This document shows, in pieces, positions 15,001-26,915 of a stretch of 64,000 bases of DNA. The notes beneath the pieces are model-generated. The model saw only the letters and a program-made list of their open reading frames with translations. It searched no databases and was not told the DNA's origin. A program made the translations under genes and the position numbers. Numbering within the stretch: the first letter of the stretch is position 1; each line of letters opens with the position of its first letter. Source of the stretch: Nemertoderma westbladi (taxonomy: Eukaryota > Animalia > Xenacoelomorpha); contig JAUCBJ010002800.1 in assembly GCA_032718475.1 (NCBI GenBank), forward strand, positions 74,000-137,999, given 5' to 3'.

Positions 15001-18000
15001 GTTATATTGGCTACCCATGGAGTAATTAGAGTGATATTGGCTACCCATGGAGTAATTAAAGTTATTGGCTACCCAAGGAGTAATTAAAGTTATATTGGCT
15101 ACCCATGGAGTAATTAAAGTTATTGGCTACCCATGGAGTAATTAAAGTTATATTGGCTACCCATGGAGTAATTAAAGTTATATTGGCTACCCATGGAGTA
15201 ATTAGAGTGATATTGGCTACCCATGGAGTAATTAAAGTTATTGGCTACCCAAGGAGTAATTAAAGTTATATTGGCTACCCATGGAGTAATTAAAGTTATA
15301 TTAGCTACTCCGTAATTAAAGTTATATTGGTTACCCATGGAGTAATTAAAGTTATATTGGCTACCCATGGAGTAATTAAAGTTATATTGGCTACCCATGG
15401 AGTAATTAAAGTTATTGGCTACCCATGGAGTAATTAAAGTTATATTGGCTACCCATGGAGTAATTAAAGTTATATTGGCTACCCATGGAGTAATTAAAGT
15501 TATATTGGCTACCCATGGAGTAATTAGAGTGATATTGGCTACCCATGGAGTAATTAAAGTTATTGGCTACCCAAGGAGTAATTAAAGTTATATTGGCTAC
15601 CCATGGAGTAATTAAAGTTATATTAGCTACTCCGTAATTAAAGTTATATTGGTTACCCATGGAGTAATTAAAGTTATATTAGCTACTCCGTAATTAAAGT
15701 TATATTGGCTACCCATGGAGTAATTAAAGTTATATTGGCTACCCATGGAGTAATTAAAATTATATTGGCTACCCATGGAGTAATTAAAGTTATATTGGCT
15801 ACCCATGGAGTAATTAAAGTTATATTAGCTACTCCGTAATTAAAGTTATATTGGTTACCCATGGAGTAATTAAAGTTATATTAGCTACTCCGTAATTAAA
15901 GTTATATTGGCTACCCATGGAGTAATTAAAGTTATTGGCTACCCAAGGAGTAATTAAAGTTATATTGGCTACCCATGGAGTAATTAAAGTTATATTGGCT
16001 ACCCATGGAGTAATTAAAGTTATATTAGCTACTCCGTAATTAAAGTTATATTGGCTACCCATGGAGTAATTAAAGTTATATTGGCTACCCATGGAGTAAT
16101 TAAAGTTATATTGGCTGCCCATGGAGTAATTAAAGTTATATTGGCTACCCATGGAGTAATTAAAGTTATATTAGCTACTCCGTAATTAAAGTTATATTGG
16201 CTACCCATGGAGTAATTAAAGTTATATTGGCTACCCATGGAGTAATTAAAGTTATATTGGCTACCCATGGAGTAATTAAAGTTATATTAGCTACTCCGTA
16301 ATTAAAGTTATATTGGTTACTCATGGAGTAATTAAAGTTATATAGGCTACCCATGGAGTAATTAAAGTTATATTGGCTACCCATGGAGTAATTAAAGTTA
16401 TATTGGCTACCCATGGAGTAATTAAAGTTATTGGCTACCCAAGGAGTAATTAAAGTTATATTGGCTACCCATGGAGTAATTAAAGTTATATTAGCTACTC
16501 CGTAATTAAAGTTATATTGGCTACCCATGGAGTAATTAAAGTTATATTAGCTACTCCGTAATTAAAGTTATATTGGTTACCCATGGAGTAATTAAAGTTA
16601 TATTGGTTACCCATGGAGTAATTAAAGTTATATTGGCTACCCATGGAGTAATTAAAGTTATATTGGCTACCCATGGAGTAATTAAAGTTATTGGCTACCC
16701 AAGGAGTAATTAAAGTTATATTGGCTACCCATGGAGTAATTAAAGTTATATTAGCTACTCCGTAATTAAAGTTATATTGGCTACCCATGGAGTAATTAAA
16801 GTTATATTGGCTACCCATGGAGTAATTAAAGTTATTGGCTACCCAAGGAGTAATTAAAGTTATATTGGCTACCCATGGAGTAATTAACGTTATATTAGCT
16901 ACTCCGTAATTAAAGTTATATTGGCTACCCATGGAGTAATTAAAGTTATATTGGCTACCCATGGAGTAATTAAAGTTATATTAGCTACTCCGTAATTAAA
17001 GTTATATTGGCTACCCATGGAGTAATTAAAGTTATATTGGCTACCCAAGGAGTAATTAAAGTTATATTGGCTACCCATGGAGTAATTAAAGTTATATTGG
17101 CTACCCATGGAGTAATTAAAGTTATATTGGCTGCCCATGGAGTAATTAAAGTTATATTGGCTACCCAAGGAGTAATTAAAGTTATATTGGCTACCCATGG
17201 AGTAATTAAAGTTATATTGGCTACCCAAGGAGTAATTAAAGTTATATTGGCTACCCATGGAGTAATTAAAGTTATATTGGCTACCCAAGGAGTAATTAAA
17301 GTTATATTGGCTACCCATGGAGTAATTAAAGTTATATTGGCTACCCATGGAGTAATTAAAGTTATATTGGCTGCCCATGGAGTAATTAAAGTTATATTGG
17401 CTACCCAAGGAGTAATTAAAGTTATATTGGCTACCCATGGAGTAATTAAAGTTATATTGGCTGCCCATGGAGTAATTAAAGTTATATTGGCTACCCATGG
17501 AGTAATTAAAGTTATATTGGCTACCCATGGAGTAATTAAAGTTATTGGCTACCCATGGAGTAATTGAAGTTATATTGGCTGCCCATGGAGTAATTAAAGT
17601 TATATTGGCTACCCATGGAGTAATTAAAGTTATATTGGCTACCCATGGAGTAATTAAAGTTATTGGTTACCCAAGGAGTAATTAAAGTTATATTGGCTAC
17701 CCATGGAGTAATTAAAGTTATATTGGTTACCCATGGAGTAATTAAAGTTATATTGGCTACCCATGGAGTAATTAAAGTTATATTGGCTGCCCATGGAGTA
17801 ATTAAAGTTATATTGGCTACCCATGGAGTAATTAAAGTTATATTGGCTACCCATGGAGTAATTAAAGTTATATTGGCTACCCATGGAGTAATTAAAGTTA
17901 TATTGGCTACCCATGGAGTAATTAAAGTTATATTGGCTGCCCATGGAGTAATTAAAGTTATATTGGCTACCCAAGGAGTAATTAAAGTTATATTGGCTAC

Positions 18001-20270
18001 CCATGGAGTAATTAAAGTTATATTGGCTACCCAAGGAGTAATTAAAGTTATATTGGCTACCCATGGAGTAATTAAAGTTATATTGGCTACCCATGGAGTA
18101 ATTAAAGTTATATTGGCTGCCCATGGAGTAATTAAAGTTATATTGGCTACCCATGGAGTAATTAAAGTTATATTGGTTACCCATTGAGTAATTAAAGTTA
18201 TATTGGCTACCCATGGAGTAATTCAAGTTATATTGGCTGCCCATGGAGTAATTAAAGTTATATTGGCTACCCAAGGACTAATTAAAGTTATATTGGCTAC
18301 CCATGGAGTAATTAAAGTTATATTGGCTACCCATGGAGTAATTAAAGTTATATTGGCTACCCAAGGAGTAATTAAAGTTATATTGGCTACCCATGGAGTA
18401 ATTAAAGTTATATTGACTGCCCATGGAGTAATTAAAGTTATATTGGCTACCCAAGGAGTAATTAAAGTTATATTGGCTGCCCATGGAGTAATTAAAGTTA
18501 TATTGGCTACCCAAGGAGTAATTAAAGTTATATTGGCTGCCCATGGAGTAATTAAAGTTATATTGGCTGCCCATGGAGTAATTAAAGTTATATTGGCTAC
18601 CCAAGGAGTAATTAAAGTTATATTGGCTACCCATGGAGTAATTAAAGTTATATTGGCTACCCATGGAGTAATTAAAGTTATATTGGCTACCCAAGGAGTA
18701 ATTAAAGTTATATTGGCTGCCCATGGAGTAATTAAAGTTATATTGGCTGCCCATGGAGTAATTAAAGTTATATTGGCTACCCAAGGAGTAATTAAAGTTA
18801 TATTGGCTACCCATGGAGTAATTAAAGTTATATTGGCTACCCATGGAGTAATTAAAGTTATATTGGCTACCCAAGGAGTAATTAAAGTTATATTGGCTAC
18901 CCATGGAGTAATTAAAGTTATATTGGCTGCCTATGGAGTAATTAAAGTTATATTGGCTACCCAAGGAGTAATTAAAGTTATATTGGCTGCCCATGGAGTA
19001 ATTAAAGTTATATTGGCTACCCATGGAGTAATTAAAGTTATATTGGCTGCCCATGGAGTAATTAAAGTTATATTGGCTGCCCATGGAGTAATTAAAGTTA
19101 TATTGGCTACCCAAGGAGTAATTAAAGTTATATTGGCTGCCCATGGAGTAATTAAAGTTATATTGGTTACCCATGGAGTAATTAAAGTTATATTGGCTAC
19201 CCATGGAGTGATTAAAGTTATATTGGCTGCCCATGGAGTAATTAAAGTTATATTGGCTGCCCATGGAGTAATTAAAGTTATATTGGCTACCCAAGGAGTA
19301 ATTAAAGTTATATTGGCTACCCATGGAGTAATTAAAGTTATATTGGCTGCCCATGGAGTAATTAAAGTTATATTGGCTACCCAAGGAGTAATTAAAGTTA
19401 TATTGGCTACCCATGGAGTAATTAAAGTTATATTGGCTACCCATGGAGTAATTAAAGTTATATTGGCTGCCCATGGAGTAATTAAAGTTATATTGGCTAC
19501 CCAAGGAGTAATTAAAGTTATATTGGCTACCCATGGAGTAATTAAAGTTATATTGGCTACCCATGGAGTAATTAAAGTTATATTGGCTGCCCATGGAGTA
19601 ATTAAAGTTATATTGGCTACCCATGGAGTAATTAAAGTTATATTGGCTGCCCATGGAGTAATTAAAGTTATATTGGCTACCCATGGAGTAATTAAAGTTA
19701 TATTGGCTACCCATGGAGTAATTAAAGTTATATTGGCTACCCAAGGAGTAATTAAAGTTATATTGGCTACCCATGGAGTAATTAAAGTTATATTGGCTGC
19801 CCATGGAGTAATTAAAGTTATATTGGCTACCCATGGAGTAATTAAAGTTATATTGGCTACCCATGGAGTAATTAAATTTATTGGCTACCCATGGAGTAAT
19901 TAAAGTTATATTGGCTGCCCATGGAGTAATTAAAGTTATATTGGCTGCCCATGGAGTAATTAAAGTTATATTGGCTACCCATGGAGTAATTAAAGTTATA
20001 TTGGCTGCCCATGGAGTAATTAAAGTTATATTGGCTGCCCATGGAGTAATTAAAGTTATATTGGCTACCCAAGGAGTAATTAAAGTTATATTGGCTGCCC
20101 ATGGAGTAATTAAAGTTATATTGGCTACCCAAGGAGTAATTAAAGTTATATTGGCTACCCATGGAGTAATTAAAGTTATATTGGCTACCCATGGAGTAAT
20201 TAAAGTTATTGGCTACCCAAGGAGTAATTAAAGTTATATTGGCTGCCCATGGAGTAATTAAAGTTATATT
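1..20270. repeat. 30-bp AT-rich satellite array, consensus GGAGTAATTAAAGTTATATTGGCTACCCAT, with 26-bp and 28-bp variant monomers; continues past the left edge
   Basis: Uninterrupted tandem copies. Variants include ggTtaccc, cccAagg, ctGccc, a 26-mer TAATTAAAGTTATATTAGCTACTCCG and a 28-mer lacking TA. The array ends abruptly at ...gttatattg|tacgtcc (~20271). Confidence 0.99.
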
Positions 20271-20635
20271 GTACGTCCAGATGGGATCGAACTGGTGACC
20301 TCCAGGGCAGCGAAATTCACATGCCAAGGTGACAACCCCAGTGGTCACTATTTATAATGACACGTAATAAGTAACAGTAAAAATAATTAATGGATGGCCC
20401 GTTCCAGTAAGGATTATATGACAGCAATTCAAGTAGTTAGGAGGAAAATAATTTAAGGAAAAATTCATAATAACAATTAAAATTCAAGAGCGAAAAACAC
20501 GTGAAAACCCCACAAAATAAAACTTCATAAACCAGATTGTATTTATTTGTGGACTAATAAATTTATATATAAGATATTATTGCGAAACAACCCGATAATT
20601 AGAGATGTATCATCCAACTTCCGGTTGATAAGTGA

Positions 20636-21486
20636 GTTACGGATTTCCGGCAGGGCGGGGTGAGAGGAGGACTTCCGGTAGGGCGGGGTGAGTGACGGAC
20701 TTCCGGTAGGGCGGGGTGAGTGACGGATTTCCGGTAGGGCGGGATGAGTGACGGACTTCCGGTAGGGCGGGATGAGTGACGGACTTCCGGTAGGGCGGGA
20801 TGAGTGACGGACTTCCGGTAGGGCGGGATGAGTGACGGACTTCCGGTAGGGCGAGATGAGTGACGGACTTCCGGTAGGGCGAGGTGAGTGACAGACTTGC
20901 GGTCGGCAGGTGAGTGCCGGACTTCCAGTAGGGCGGGTGAGAGAAGGACTTCTGGTGGTAGGGCGGGGTGAGTGACGGACCTCCAGTAGGGCGGGGTGAA
21001 TGACGGATTTCCGGTAGGGCGGGTTGAGTGACGGACTTCCGGTAGGGCGGGGTGAGTGACAGACTTCCAGTCGGCGGGTGAGAGAAGGACTTCCAGTAGG
21101 GCGGGTGAGTGACGGACTTCCGGTAGGGCGGGGTGAGTGACGGACTTCCAGTAGGGAGGGGTGAGTGATGGACTTCCGGTAGGGCGGAGTGAGTGACGGA
21201 CTTCCGGTTGGGCGGGGTGAGTGACGGACTTCCGGTCGGCGGGTGAGTGCCGGACTTGCAGTAGGGAGGGGTGAGTGATGGACTTCCGGTAGGGCGGAGT
21301 GAGTGACGGACTTCCGGTAGGGCGGGGTGAGTGACGGACATCCAGTAGGGCGGGTGAGAGAAGGACTTCTGGTGGTAGGGCGGGGTGAGTGACGGGCTTC
21401 CGGCAAGGCGGGGTGAGTGACGGACATCCAGTAGGGCGGGTGAGAGAAGGACTTCCGGTAGGGCGGGGTGAGTGACGGACTTCCGT
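20636..21486. repeat. GC-rich ~28-bp minisatellite (GAGTGACGGACTTCCGGTAGGGCGGGGT)
   Basis: About 30 diverged tandem units that end directly at the stop codon of the upstream minus-strand gene. Confidence 0.95.
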
Positions 21487-22650
21487 TTACCACATTCCCG
21501 ACATTCTATTGTAAATCTTCCTGGTCCCCCTTCGCTCCCGCAGACCCGCTCTTTCCCGACAAAACTCCTGGTCGTAATTCCTGACGGAACTCCTAATCGC
21601 GAGTTCAACCGAGTCGCCCTGAGCCATTTTACTGAGAATCTCTAGGCAGGAGACGAGGTTAAGGCAGTTACCGTACGAGCGACCAAGTAGCACCTGTTTC
21701 AAAGGGAACGCCGCCGTTTCAACTCCCAACATCTTGGTGGCGTACGTTAGCGAAGCTTTCGGGACGCTCTTCTTGTCCACTAAACCGCCTATAACATAAA
21801 CCTTTGAAGGGTCGAACCGCCACAATAAGTTGTTCGAGTCCGGGGAGAGATAGACTATGTCATTCCTGGGGAAAACCCCAGTAACTGGTTCGCCACTCAC
21901 GTTCATATGATAGCGACCACGGCTTAGCATGAAATTGTTTTGGTTTCTCCGCTCAACCATTTCCATTGCGGAGGATTCGGGACGGAGATTGGTGCAGGTC
22001 AGTCTGAACGGATCCTTCAATGTCAGATTTATAGAGACTAACATATCCAGTTGGGTGAACAAATTGTTAATGTCCCGTTCCCGCATATATTCATCGAATG
22101 AGAAGTCTACAACGAGATCTAGGCCGTTTAATAAGGATTTTAATTGTTTCTCTTTGAGGTTTTCCGAGATGTAATGGTTGACTCCGGCTAACAGTATCCC
22201 TGGAGAGGACCGATACTCTTCCAGCACTGCCATGTTTTTCTCGACACGGCGCGCTCGCCTCAACTTATCGTTTATTTTTTTATGTTCGTTTAAAAATAAA
22301 AATGATAAATATTTGAGTTTGGCGGATCGACTAGTTTGGCCGAGGAACTGGGTTATTTCGGCGTCCGACATCGACCGCGGGAGTTCCACCCCGAATTCCC
22401 GATAGAATTTAATTCGGCTTCGGAATTCTTCGATTTGTTCCTGCGTTATATCCTCGGGGTTGTAGACACTCGCTAACGCGTTGTGTATACCGCCGCCCGT
22501 GTTACTGGCGATGTAACAGCGACTCACGCGGTTCAATGAGAACTTATTCGAGCGGAGCCGATTATCGGAGGGCGAAGGGAGAGTTTTATTACGTCGGAAC
22601 AGCCGGCAAATACCTGGAGTCATAGCAACAACAGATGATAATAACGCCAT
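21487..22650 (-). CDS. TRMT10C: TRM10-family (SPOUT) tRNA m1R9 methyltransferase, TRMT10C/MRPP1 (mitochondrial RNase P subunit)-like, single exon
   Basis: 387 aa with TRM10 motifs LVVDFSFDEYM, IVYLSPDS, VYVIGGLVDK, TAAFPL and LNL. The Arg/Ser/Leu-rich N-terminus resembles a mitochondrial presequence, and SRSAKLKYLSFL is MRPP1-like. Confidence 0.8.
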   Translation of the reverse strand: MALLSSVVAMTPGICRLFRRNKTLPSPSDNRLRSNKFSLNRVSRCYIASNTGGGIHNALASVYNPEDITQEQIEEFRSRIKFYREFGVELPRSMSDAEITQFLGQTSRSAKLKYLSFLFLNEHKKINDKLRRARRVEKNMAVLEEYRSSPGILLAGVNHYISENLKEKQLKSLLNGLDLVVDFSFDEYMRERDINNLFTQLDMLVSINLTLKDPFRLTCTNLRPESSAMEMVERRNQNNFMLSRGRYHMNVSGEPVTGVFPRNDIVYLSPDSNNLLWRFDPSKVYVIGGLVDKKSVPKASLTYATKMLGVETAAFPLKQVLLGRSYGNCLNLVSCLEILSKMAQGDSVELAIRSSVRNYDQEFCRERAGLRERRGTRKIYNRMSGMW

Positions 22651-23320
22651 AGTGAAATTGTAATAAACAAAAAGACTATATAGAATCGGAGGATAATCTA
22701 AACCTATGAACTAATAATAGTTTGACGAAAAAAAAACTGTTTAATACGTAATACCGGTATTAGATAGTTACGTACGGAAAGAAAGATTAATATCTGTGGA
22801 CTGTGGGGAAGCAGGTTAATCTCTTGTGGCGCCAATCAGTGGCGGTAAATATTACAAACTTTGGTATTGAAACTTGAAGCTAGTGAATAGTAAAGAGTTT
22901 CATCCATCTGGTATTTACAGTGATTTTAGCCATGATTACGGATTGCCCCCCCCCCCCCCCTCCCTTTGGTCTTGTGTCAAATCCTGGTAAGATATCCTGT
23001 AGTCAGGTTACAGTTGCATTGATTTAAGCAAGCAATACAGTACAACTGTTAATGGAACAATATAATTTTACTTCTGTATGTATCTGTAAACATACAATGT
23101 ATAAAAACATCATTAATTGGATGATCGTGATACATTATGGAAAAAGTTATGCAGTTTGTTATTTTGTAGTTTATGTTAGCTATATTGTAGAAATTAATAA
23201 AATTTAAAGCGACAAAAAAAGAAAATAAAGTTACATTGTTGGAGGTCGATTAGGAGAAGCATCAATTAAAAAATATTCTAACAAAAATGACATGTCCCTT
23301 GTCAATATATATTCAGTCAC

Positions 23321-23482
23321 TTACATATTTTTTACACCACATCTCAAGAGTTACATATTTTTTACACCACATCTCAAGAGTTACATATTTTTTACACCAC
23401 ATCTCAAGAGTTACATATTTTTTACACCACATCTCAAGAGTTACATATTTTTTACACCACATCTCAAGAGTTACATATTTTT
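23321..23482. repeat. 30-bp minisatellite (TTACATATTTTTTACACCACATCTCAAGAG) x ~5.4
   Basis: Perfect tandem copies between the two host genes. Confidence 0.95.
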
Positions 23483-23747
23483 CACCTATCAGATTTACAC
23501 ATGGACTGTACCCCTTCCACCCCTTCTCGTCACTTACCATCCATAATAATATCATCCCATCGAATCATTTACTTTCACTTTATTATTTTTAACAAGTCAC
23601 AAATATTTTACAATCGGCAGAAATACAATTCTACACGTTTAAAATATTAATTTAAGTCTGGAACTGAAGTAACTTACTAACATATTCACAACTGTATGTT
23701 TATAAAGTATAATAATATTTGCAAAATTATATAAGAAGTAAGTTTAT

Positions 23748-24881
23748 TTATTTATTTAAGCTCCGGCAGTCCGGCACTACTGAACTCTCAGACAGGGCTC
23801 TGGCCTCGTGCAAATGAACCATAAAGCAGACACCCTGACTCAGAGAACTACGGTAAAAGCCACCGTTAGCGGTTACAGTAACCGCCTTCAAATTGTCGCC
23901 CGTCCCAAATATTATTTTAGAACGGCCCTTTATTTGCGACGTATTCCGTAAGTTCGTCGCCCGAAGAGACACGGAATCCTCAACCACCTCGAGTTTATCC
24001 AACAGCTCTAACGCTCGCTGTTGCTCGGCAACACCCCCCACAGTTCGAACGATCGATTTAAAGTCAACGACTGCCGTCCGACACGAGAACCAGACCTTAC
24101 CGGACAGAAAACTTAGTAACCTAGGCAACACGGGAGCGTGTTTCTCGGCCTCCGCTTGTTGGCGGATAATCGGCTGAGAGTAACTGTGATTGGTTTGTCC
24201 GTGGGACAAATCGGAAACCATGGTTACCAGGGTAGACACATCGAAATTAATACGATCGTGGCTGATCCGCAAGGCGGATAAATCAGGCACCTTTTCGCGT
24301 TCCGAACCCATCAGTTTACCCTGCACTATGGCCCCGCAGTCTTCCAATAAGTTCACTAGTTGTGGAGAAACGCCACGCGGGAAGCTAACCATTACCCTCG
24401 GGTGGGTGAACCCGAACTGAAAGTGACGCGATAAGGAAACCAAATCAGATACCTGTTGGATCGTATCTTTAGCTCCAAAAGCAGACGATCCATCGATAAT
24501 TTGTTGCAAGTTTTCAGGTTTCCTGGCGACCACCTTTACCCACAATAAACCGTCGCATGCGACTATATCTACCGTAACATTTCCGTCCAATTTAGGGTCA
24601 GTTTGTTTAGGTATTTTGTAAAAGAAACATTTAATATCTGGAAGAATATTCGCAGTCGATACAATTGCTTTGTAATACTCCATATTAGAACATGTGATAA
24701 ATGTATTAATTTTATCTGAACTCATAAGTTTGTTGTGCAATAGTTTTGTTACTCCGTGAATCTCCTTCTGTATTTGAAGGCTAAGTTTCTCGTTATTAGG
24801 TAGAGAATTAGCACCCAGCAATATTGCGTCCCATTGCTGGAGGAATGCAGTAACATCATTAATAGTTGTAGCCGAAGCCAT
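23748..24881 (-). CDS. C7orf25: UPF0415/C7orf25-like (DUF1308) protein, single exon
   Basis: 377 aa with motifs TCSNxxYY, VDIVACDGLLWVKVVARKP, INFDVSTLVTMVSDLSHG, CRTAVVDFKSIVRTVGG, IIFGTGD, TVTANGGF and HEARALSE, as remembered for this family. Confidence 0.85.
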   Translation of the reverse strand: MASATTINDVTAFLQQWDAILLGANSLPNNEKLSLQIQKEIHGVTKLLHNKLMSSDKINTFITCSNMEYYKAIVSTANILPDIKCFFYKIPKQTDPKLDGNVTVDIVACDGLLWVKVVARKPENLQQIIDGSSAFGAKDTIQQVSDLVSLSRHFQFGFTHPRVMVSFPRGVSPQLVNLLEDCGAIVQGKLMGSEREKVPDLSALRISHDRINFDVSTLVTMVSDLSHGQTNHSYSQPIIRQQAEAEKHAPVLPRLLSFLSGKVWFSCRTAVVDFKSIVRTVGGVAEQQRALELLDKLEVVEDSVSLRATNLRNTSQIKGRSKIIFGTGDNLKAVTVTANGGFYRSSLSQGVCFMVHLHEARALSESSVVPDCRSLNK

Positions 24882-25309
24882 TGCGGCATTAGGCTACTGT
24901 ATTAGGCCTACTGTGTACTGTACTGTGTACTGGAGACGGAGAAATACGGAAATACCTGAATACCAAGGAGTATTCCCAGCTCTACCAGCCTACAGTCCTA
25001 TACTGCTATATGGCTGTATAGCTGTATAGGCCAAGTCCTATACAGCCGTACAAACAACTCACAAACTGCTGGACTGGCAGATAAGGGAAATTTTGGTTTG
25101 CAATTGTGAACGAGCATTTAACAATCTTCATCATCGTGAATTTAAATAATTATAGTGTCAAAAGACGCGCAAAACTCTCCGCTTTCAATTAATATAAGCC
25201 ACATGTGAAATTATTGAGATTTAATGTATTTGAATCGATCGAAAATCTCTATCCATATAAAAACCAAGATAAAAAATTATCAGAGCACTGCATAAAATGA
25301 CGTTAAATA

Positions 25310-26540
25310 TACTACTAGGATCGGTATGCTGCATTGCAGCTGCATTTTTAAGAATGCTGTGCCGGCTTGTCGACAAAATTGCACCGCCACCAAGGCCAGT
25401 GTTCTTTAAGATGCGTCTCAAGGAAGTCATGGACTGTCCACCATGCTTATTCATTCCGTGAGGCTGCCAAAGTACAAGATTATACACTGGCTGGTCCTCA
25501 CGGCGAAAGCAATGTCCTGCAAAGCGGAGGCGATTTTGTTCTACTGTCAAAGCTTGGGGGAACCAATGAGACACCTCCAATGTTATATAGTGTCTGGTTG
25601 GAGATGTATGCATTGTACTTGACACAATGAACCCGGCGTAGCATTCTTGTGAATGTGCCATCCAGAGATTTGGTGTCCTTAGCAGTTAGAGCCCAGCATG
25701 GACTCCCGTAGAGGAGTACTGGAACTACTGCTGCTCTAAATAATCGGACCTTAAGTTTCCGATTAATTCTCGGTGATTTCCAAATCCTGGAAAGCCTATT
25801 CAAGGCTGCCCATGCCTTTCCCTTACGTATTCGAAGGTCCTCACCTGACTTCCGGATCCATGATCCCAGGTAACAGAAGTCGTCCACATGCTCAAGCATA
25901 CCATCCTTTGAGCTTATGCTCATCCGATCAGAGACTTGCTGAGGACTTTCAAAGTTAACTGTCAAAATTTTGGTCTTTCTGGAGTTAATAAAAAGACCAA
26001 CACTAGAAGCAGCATGTTCTAATGAGCTGAGGAGCCGTTGGGCTCCCTCTAATGATTCTGAGAGTACTCCTAAGTCATCAGCAAAGTCTAGATCAGTTAG
26101 GTACTTGGCAGGATTTCCTCGACTTCTGGAGCCAGTAGGTGGAGTTATCATCACCCCATCATCATTATGATGATCTAAGGACATGCGTAGAACATAGTCA
26201 ACCACAATAATGAACAAGAATGGTGCAAGTGTGTCTCCTTGGAGGACGCCCCATAACACTTCAAATGGTTCTGTGTCACCGTCAACAGTAGACACAAATG
26301 TTGTCAAACCATCGTATACTGATCTGATTGCTGCAATAATTTCATCAGGAATCCCATATAATGAAAGTATGCTGAACATACGTGAGCGAGAGACTGAATC
26401 AAAGGCCTTGAAGAAGTCAATCAACAAAGATAACAGCCAGATGCCTGTCTTTCTTTTTTGAGAATTCTTCAATTATCCTTCTAAGTGCCAAAATGGGCTC
26501 CATGGTCCCACGACCTTTACGGAACCCATTCTTACGGAGC
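25310..26540 (-). mobile_element. 5'-truncated, decayed RTE-type non-LTR retrotransposon (RT fragment), copy 1
   Basis: RT motifs DFFKAFDSV, GVLQGDTLAP and DFADD. Nearly identical to the 3' part of 30706-32505 but with small indels and a ~55-bp deletion near 25393. Short (TAG)n tail at ~25310. Confidence 0.92.
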
Positions 26541-26576
26541 CCCTAAAGGGACATGGGTTTCCCCCTTTTTTTTCTT

Positions 26577-26915
26577 AAGTCCGGCCCGGAGATACTATCT
26601 CAGGCCCGGAGATACTATCTCAGGCCCGGAGATACTAAGTCCGGCCCGGAGATACTATCTCAGGCCCGGAGATACTAAGTCCGGCCCGGAGATACTATCT
26701 CAGGCCCGGAGATACTAAGTCCGGCCCGGAGATACTATCTCAGGCCCTGAGATACTAAGTCCGGCCCGGAGATACTATCTCAGGCCCTGAGATACTAAGT
26801 CCGGCCCGGAGATACTATCTCAGGCCCGGAGATACTAAGTCCGGCCCGGAGATACTATCTCAGGCCCGGAGATACTAAGTCCGGCCCGGAGATACTATCT
26901 CAGGCCCGGAGATAC
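26577..26915. repeat. 20-bp minisatellite with alternating subunits (AAGTCCGGCCCGGAGATACT / ATCTCAGGCCCGGAGATACT)
   Basis: About 17 subunits, mostly forming a 40-bp dimeric unit. Confidence 0.95.

Noticed and set aside
1-20270. CRISPR array or telomeric repeat
   Set aside because: There are no unique spacers or cas genes and the context is eukaryotic. Nothing shows a chromosome end or a G-rich telomerase-type unit.
259-20348. Dozens of ORFs with repeats MGSQYNFNYS, VANITLITPW or ATHGVIKVIL
   Set aside because: Translations of a 30-bp satellite that lacks stops in several frames; they occur on both strands and break at every 26/28-bp variant.
20543-21608. Pro/Ser/Thr-rich ORFs of 316 and 323 aa
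   Set aside because: Translations of the 28-bp minisatellite in alternative frames.
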